Shown: positions 57,201 to 64,000 of the stretch, piece by piece
Layout: each line of letters opens with the position of its first letter
Position numbering within the stretch: the first letter of the stretch is position 1
Origin: Eledone cirrhosa
Lineage: Eukaryota
DNA length: 64,000 bases
Assembly (NCBI GenBank): GCA_964016885.1
Contig: OZ024743.1
Location: 233,740,001 to 233,804,000 of the forward strand
Direction of reading: 5' to 3'
Translations under genes and position numbers: made by a program
The notes under the pieces: model-generated
Databases searched by the model: none
Told to the model about the DNA's origin: nothing
The model's input: the letters and a program-made list of their open reading frames with translations, nothing else

Positions 57201-60200
57201 CATGTACCAGTAATTACAGATCGATCCGACCACGGGCGGCCGGCCCGCGATTGAAAAGGTAACTCCGCCGGCAAATCGTCATTTTTGGATTCGTTTTCTT
57301 CGAAGCACACCATTCGCCGGCGGACTTTGTTGACGTTTAACACGGTTTGGTTCCACAGCCACAACTATTGATTTTACGGAGATATCTTGCTGAAATTCAC
57401 GCCACACATAGCCAATGAGTGTCTGCACATGTACCAGTAATTACAGATCGATCCGACCACGGGCGGCCGGCCCGCGATTGAAAAGGTAACTCCGCCGGCA
57501 AATCGTCATTTTTGGATTCGTTTTCTTCGAAGCACACCATTCGCCGGCGGACTTTGTTGACGTTTAACACGGTTTGGTTCCACAGCCACAACTATTGATT
57601 TTACGGAGATATCTTGCTGAAATTCACGCCACACATAGCCAATGAGTGTCTGCACATGTACCAGTAATTACAGATCGATCCGACCACGGGCGGCCGGCCC
57701 GCGATTGAAAAGGTAACTCCGCCGGCAAATCGTCATTTTTGGATTCGTTTTCTTCGAAGCACACCATTCGCCGGCGGACTTTGTTGACGTTTAACACGGT
57801 TTGGTTCCACAGCCACAACTATTGATTTTACGGAGATATCTTGCTGAAATTCACGCCACACATAGCCAATGAGTGTCTGCACATGTACCAGTAATTACAG
57901 ATCGATCCGACCACGGGCGGTCGGTTTGCGATTGAAAAGGTAACTCCGCCGGCAAATCGTCATTTTTGGATTCGTTTTCTTCGAAGCACACCATTCGCCG
58001 GCTGACTTTGTTGACGTTTAACACGGTTTGGTTCCACAGCCACAACTATTGATTTTACGGAGATATCTTGCTGAAATTCACGCCACACATAGCCAATGAG
58101 TGTCTGCACATGTACCAGTAATTACAGATCGATCCGACCACGGGCGGTCGGTTTGCGATTGAAAAGGTAACTCCGCCGGCAAATCGTCATTTTTGGATTC
58201 GTTTTCTTCGAAGCACACCATTCGCCGGCGGACTTTGTTGACGTTTAACACGGTTTGGTTCCACAGCCACAACTATTGATTTTACGGAGATATCTTGCTG
58301 AAATTCACGCCACACATAGCCAATGAGTGTCTGCACATGTACAAGTAATTACAGATCGATCCGACCACGGGCGGCCGGCCCGCGATTGAAAAGGTAACTC
58401 CGCCGGCAAATCGTCATTTTTGGATTCGTTTTCTTCGAAGCACACCATTCGCCGGCGGACTTTGTTGACGTTTAACACGGTTTGGTTCCACAGCCACAAC
58501 TATTGATTTTACGGAGATATCTTGCTGAAATTCACGCCACACATAGCCAATGAGTGTCTGCACATGTACCAGTAATTACAGATCGATCCGACCACGGGCG
58601 GCCGGCCCGCGATTGAAAAGGTAACTCCGCCGGCAAATCGTCATTTTTGGATTCGTTTTCTTCGAAGCACACCATTCGCCGGCGGACTTTGTTGACGTTT
58701 AACACGGTTTGGTTCCACAGCCACAACTATTGATTTTAAGGAGATATCTTGCTGAAATTCACGCCACACATAGCCAATGAGTGTCTGCACAGGTACCAGT
58801 AATTACAGATCGATCCGACCACGGGCGGCCGGCCCGCGATTGAAAAGGTAACTCCGCCGGCAAATCGTCATTTTTGGATTCGTTTTCTTCGAAGCACACC
58901 ATTCGCCGGCGGACTTTGTTGACGTTTAACACGGTTTGGTTCCACAGCCACAACTATTGATTTTACGGAGATATCTTGCTGAAATTCACGCCACACATAG
59001 CCAATGAGTGTCTGCACATGTACCAGTAATTACAGATCGATCCGACCACGGGCGGCCGGCCCGCGATTGAAAAGGTAACTCCGCCGGCAAATCGTCATTT
59101 TTGGATTCGTTTTCTTCGAAGCACACCATTCGCCGGCGGACTTTGTTGACGTTTAACACGGTTTGGTTCCACAGCCACAACTATTGATTTTACGGAGATA
59201 TCTTGCTGAAATTCACGCCACACATAGCCAATGAGTCTCTGCACATGTACCATTAATTACAGATCGATCCGACCACGGGCGGTCGGTTTGCGATTGAAAA
59301 GGTAACTCCGCCGGCAAATCGTCATTTTTGGATTCGTTTTCTTCGAAGCACACCATTCGCCGGCTGACTTTGTTGACGTTTAACACGGTTTGGTTCCACA
59401 GCCACAACTATTGATTTTAAGGAGATATCTTGCTGAAATTCACGCCACACATAGCCAATGAGTGTCTGCACAGGTACCAGTAATTACAGATCGATCCGAC
59501 CACGGGCGGCCGGCCCGCGATTGAAAAGGTAACTCCGCCGGCAAATCGTCATTTTTGGATTCGTTTTCTTCGAAGCACACCATTCGCCGGCGGACTTTGT
59601 TGACGTTTAACACGGTTTGGTTCCACAGCCACAACTATTGATTTTACGGAGATATCTTCCTGAAATTCACGCCACACATAGCCAATGAGTGTCTGCACAT
59701 GTACCAGTAATTACAGATCGATCCGACCACGGGCGGCCGGCCCGCGATTGAAAAGGTAACTCCGCCGGCAAATCGTCATTTTTGGATTCGTTTTCTTCGA
59801 AGCACACCATTCGCCGGCGGACTTTGTTGACGTTTAACACGGTTTGGTTCCACAGCCACAACTATTGATTTTACGGAGATATCTTGCTGAAATTCACGCC
59901 ACACATAGCCAATGAGTGTCTGCACATGTACCAGTAATTACAGATCGATCCGACCACGGGCGGTCGGTTTGCGATTGAAAAGGTAACTCCGCCGGCAAAT
60001 CGTCATTTTTGGATTCGTTTTCTTCGAAGCACACCATTCGCCGGCTGACTTTGTTGACGTTTAACACGGTTTGGTTCCACATCCACAACTATTGATTTTA
60101 CGGAGATATCTTGCTGAAATTCACGCCACACATAGCCAATGAGTGTCTGCACATGTACCAGTAATTACAGATCGATCCGACCACGGGCGGTCGGTTTGCG

Positions 60201-62615
60201 ATTGAAAAGGTAACTCCGCCGGCAAATCGTCATTTTTGGATTCGTTTTCTTCGAAGCACACCATTCGCCGGCGGACTTTGTTGACGTTTAAGACGGTTTG
60301 GTTCCACAGCCACAACTATTGATTTTACGGAGATATCTTGCTGAAATTCACGCCACACATAGCCAATGAGTGTCTGCACATGTACCAGTAATTACAGATC
60401 GATCCGACCACGGGCGGCCGGCCCGCGATTGAAAAGGTAACTCCGCCGGCAAATCGTCATTTTTGGATTCGTTTTCTTCGAAGCACACCATTCGCCGGCT
60501 GACTTTGTTGATGTTTAACACGGTTTGGTTCCACAGCCACAACTATTGATTTTACGGAGATATCTTGCTGAAATTCACGCCACACATAGCCAATGAGTGT
60601 CTGCACAGGTACCAGTAATTACAGATCGATCCGACCACGGGCGGCCGGCCCGCTATTGAAAAGGTAACTCCGCCGGCAAATCGTCATTTTTGGATTCGTT
60701 TTCTTCGAAGCACACCATTCGCCGGCGGACTTTGTTGACGTTTAACACGGTTTGGTTCCACAGCCACAACTATTGATTTTACGGAGATATCTTGCTGAAA
60801 TTCACGCCACACAGCCAATGAGTGTCTGCACATGTACCAGTAATTACAGATCGATCCGACCAGGGGCGGCCGGCCCGCGATTGAAAAGGTAACTCCGCCG
60901 GCAAATCGTCATTTTTGGATTCGTTTTCTTCGAAGCACACCATTCGCCGGCGGACTTTGTTGACGTTTAACACGGTTTGGTTCCACAGCCACAACTATTG
61001 ATTTTACGGAGATATCTTGCTGAAATTCACGCCACACATAGCCAATGAGTCTCTGCACATGTACCAGTAATTACAGATCGATCCGACCACGGGCGGTCGG
61101 TTTGCGATTGAAAAGGTAACTCCGCCGGCAAATCGTCATTTTTGGATTCGTTTTCTTCGAAGCACACCATTCGCCGGCGGACTTTGTTGACGTTTAACAC
61201 GGTTTGGTTCCACAGCCACAACTATTGATTTTACGGAGATATCTTGCTGAAATTCACGCCACACATAGCCAATGAGTGTCTGCACATGTACCAGTAATTA
61301 CAGATCGATCCGACCACGGGCGGCCGGCCCGCGATTGAAAAGGTAACTCCGCCGGCAAATCGTCATTTTTGGATTCGTTTTCTTCGAAGCACACCATTCG
61401 CCGGCGGACTTTGTTGACGTTTAACACGGTTTGGTTCCACAGCCACAACTATTGATTTTACGGAGATATCTTGCTGAAATTCACGCCACACATAGCCAAT
61501 GAGTGTCTGCACATGTACCAGTAATTACAGATCGATCCGACCACGGGCGGCCGGCCCGCGATTGAAAAGGTAACTCCGCCGGCAAATCGTCATTTTTGGA
61601 TTCGTTTTCTTCGAAGCACACCATTCGCCGGCGGACTTTGTTGACGTTTAACACGGTTTGGTTCCACAGCCACAACTATTGATTTTACGGAGATATCTTG
61701 CTGAAATTCACGCCACACATAGCCAATGAGTGTCTGCACATGTACCAGTAATTACAGATCGATCCGACCACGGGCGGTCGGTTTGCGATTGAAAAGGTAA
61801 CTCCGCCGGCAAATCGTCATTTTTGGATTCGTTTTCTTCGAAGCACACCATTCGCCGGCTGACTTTGTTGACGTTTAACACGGTTTGGTTCCACAGCCAC
61901 AACTATTGATTTTACGGAGATATCTTGCTGAAATTCACGCCACACATAGCCAATGAGTGTCTGCACATGTACCAGTAATTACAGATCGATCCGACCACGG
62001 GCGGTCGGTTTGCGATTGAAAAGGTAACTCCGCCGGCAAATCGTCATTTTTGGATTCGTTTTCTTCGAAGCACACCATTCGCCGGCGGACTTTGTTGACG
62101 TTTAACACGGTTTGGTTCCACAGCCACAACTATTGATTTTACGGAGATATCTTGCTGAAATTCACGCCACACATAGCCAATGAGTGTCTGCACATGTACA
62201 AGTAATTACAGATCGATCCGACCACGGGCGGCCGGCCCGCGATTGAAAAGGTAACTCCGCCGGCAAATCGTCATTTTTGGATTCGTTTTCTTCGAAGCAC
62301 ACCATTCGCCGGCGGACTTTGTTGACGTTTAACACGGTTTGGTTCCACAGCCACAACTATTGATTTTACGGAGATATCTTGCTGAAATTCACGCCACACA
62401 TAGCCAATGAGTGTCTGCACATGTACCAGTAATTACAGATCGATCCGACCACGGGCGGCCGGCCCGCGATTGAAAAGGTAACTCCGCCGGCAAATCGTCA
62501 TTTTTGGATTCGTTTTCTTCGAAGCACACCATTCGCCGGCGGACTTTGTTGACGTTTAACACGGTTTGGTTCCACAGCCACAACTATTGATTTTAAGGAG
62601 ATATCTTGCTGAAAT
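51273..62615. repeat. Higher-order repeat: 17-monomer unit, a 21-monomer derivative and a partial third copy
   Basis: Unit M B' I X L E A A B B' C A A A N A A spans 51273-55128 (3,856 bp = 17x227-3). The next copy, 55129-59893 (4,765 bp = 21x227-2), carries an extra A A A B. A third copy starts at 59894. Confidence 0.9.
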
Positions 62616-64000
62616 TCACGCCACACATAGCCAATGAGTGTCTGCACAGGTACCAGTAATTACAGATCGATCCGACCACGGGCGGCCGGCCCGCGATTGA
62701 AAAGGTAACTCCGCCGGCAAATCGTCATTTTTGGATTCGTTTTCTTCGAAGCACACCATTCGCCGGCTGACTTTGTTGACGTTTAACACGGTTTGGTTCC
62801 ACAGCCACAACTATTGATTTTACGGAGATATCTTGCTGAAATTCACGCCACACATAGCCAATGAGTGTCTGCACATGTACCAGTAATTACAGATCGATCC
62901 GACCACGGGCGGTCGGTTTGCGATTGAAAAGGTAACTCCGCCGGCAAATCGTCATTTTTGGATTCGTTTTCTTCGAAGCACACCATTCGCCGGCGGACTT
63001 TGTTGACGTTTAACACGGTTTGGTTCCACAGCCACAACTATTGATTTTACGGAGATATCTTGCTGAAATTCACGCCACACATAGCCAATGAGTGTCTGCA
63101 CATGTACAAGTAATTACAGATCGATCCGACCACGGGCGGCCGGCCCGCGATTGAAAAGGTAACTCCGCCGGCAAATCGTCATTTTTGGATTCGTTTTCTT
63201 CGAAGCACACCATTCGCCGGCGGACTTTGTTGACGTTTAACACGGTTTGGTTCCACAGCCACAACTATTGATTTTACGGAGATATCTTGCTGAAATTCAC
63301 GCCACACATAGCCAATGAGTGTCTGCACATGTACCAGTAATTACAGATCGATCCGACCACGGGCGGCCGGCCCGCGATTGAAAAGGTAACTCCGCCGGCA
63401 AATCGTCATTTTTGGATTCGTTTTCTTCGAAGCACACCATTCGCCGGCGGACTTTGTTGACGTTTAACACGGTTTGGTTCCACAGCCACAACTATTGATT
63501 TTAAGGAGATATCTTGCTGAAATTCACGCCACACATAGCCAATGAGTGTCTGCACAGGTACCAGTAATTACAGATCGATCCGACCACGGGCGGCCGGCCC
63601 GCGATTGAAAAGGTAACTCCGCCGGCAAATCGTCATTTTTGGATTCGTTTTCTTCGAAGCACACCATTCGCCGGCGGACTTTGTTGACGTTTAACACGGT
63701 TTGGTTCCACAGCCACAACTATTGATTTTACGGAGATATCTTCCTGAAATTCACGCCACACATAGCCAATGAGTGTCTGCACATGTACCAGTAATTACAG
63801 ATCGATCCGACCACGGGCGGCCGGCCCGCGATTGAAAAGGTAACTCCGCCGGCAAATCGTCATTTTTGGATTCGTTTTCTTCGAAGCACACCATTCGCCG
63901 GCGGACTTTGTTGACGTTTAACACGGTTTGGTTCCACAGCCACAACTATTGATTTTACGGAGATATCTTGCTGAAATTCACGCCACACATAGCCAATGAG

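Larger units (their letters stand above)
1..64000. repeat. Satellite DNA: tandem array of a 227-bp monomer, 282 copies, extending beyond both window edges
   Basis: gagtgtctgcac recurs at 1, 228, 455 and onward, and the ORF track starts step by exactly 227 bp. All copies are in the same orientation. The only length variants are eight 225-bp monomers and one 226-bp monomer, and the arithmetic closes exactly (282x227 - 17 = 63,997, plus the final 'gag'). Confidence 0.99.

Noticed and set aside
208-63945. About 275 copies of a 64-aa (or 71- and 85-aa) minus-strand ORF, MWLWNQTV...
   Set aside because: The start is TTG rather than ATG and I recognise no domain. Many variants are non-synonymous, seven monomers carry a nonsense change (cgctat) and nine are frameshifted. 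A short ORF in one of six frames of a 49% GC repeat is expected by chance.
1-64000. CRISPR-like or cassette array with variable spacers
   Set aside because: There are no unique spacers; the entire 227 bp is repeated with only point variants, and no cas or integrase genes are present.
1-64000. Pure assembly or concatemer artefact
   Set aside because: Monomers carry structured, position-dependent shared variants and nested higher-order patterns that a rolling-circle or collapsed-consensus artefact would not produce. Individual multi-kb duplications still need read-level confirmation.

Overview
The whole 64,000-bp window is one uninterrupted head-to-tail tandem array of a 227-bp monomer (about 49% GC, 19 CpG per consensus monomer). 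It contains exactly 282 monomers plus 3 bp: 282x227 = 64,014, minus eight 2-bp deletions and one 1-bp deletion gives 63,997. No unique sequence, inversion, inserted element or credible gene is present. This is most consistent with eukaryotic satellite DNA, possibly centromeric or pericentromeric; the organism cannot be determined from the window. The roughly 275 short minus-strand ORFs are by-products of the repeat (TTG start, interrupted by stops and frameshifts in some copies). Monomers are about 97-100% identical, and a small set of diagnostic variants can be read like a barcode. They reveal two ancestral monomer haplotypes, recombinant monomers, nested higher-order repeats (6-, 10-, 12-, 14-, 17/21- and 18-mers) and a left-to-right turnover of variant families. 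Each monomer is rich in dyad symmetry: a 19-bp-arm inverted repeat, a site with two alternative hairpins and several 8-bp palindromes. It also carries a motif that resembles, from memory, the conserved block of Helentron/DINE-1-type elements, which suggests a rolling-circle transposon origin (unverified). Monomer labels used below: A = major type; B = ggtcggttt plus gctgac; B' = ggtcggttt only; T = ggccggttt plus gctgac; Q = ggccggctt plus gctgac; D = gtatca; C = gtacaa; N = B plus gagtct plus accatt; E = B' plus gagtct; I = gctgac plus gatgt; X = cgctat; L = 225-bp monomer; M = B plus acatcc.
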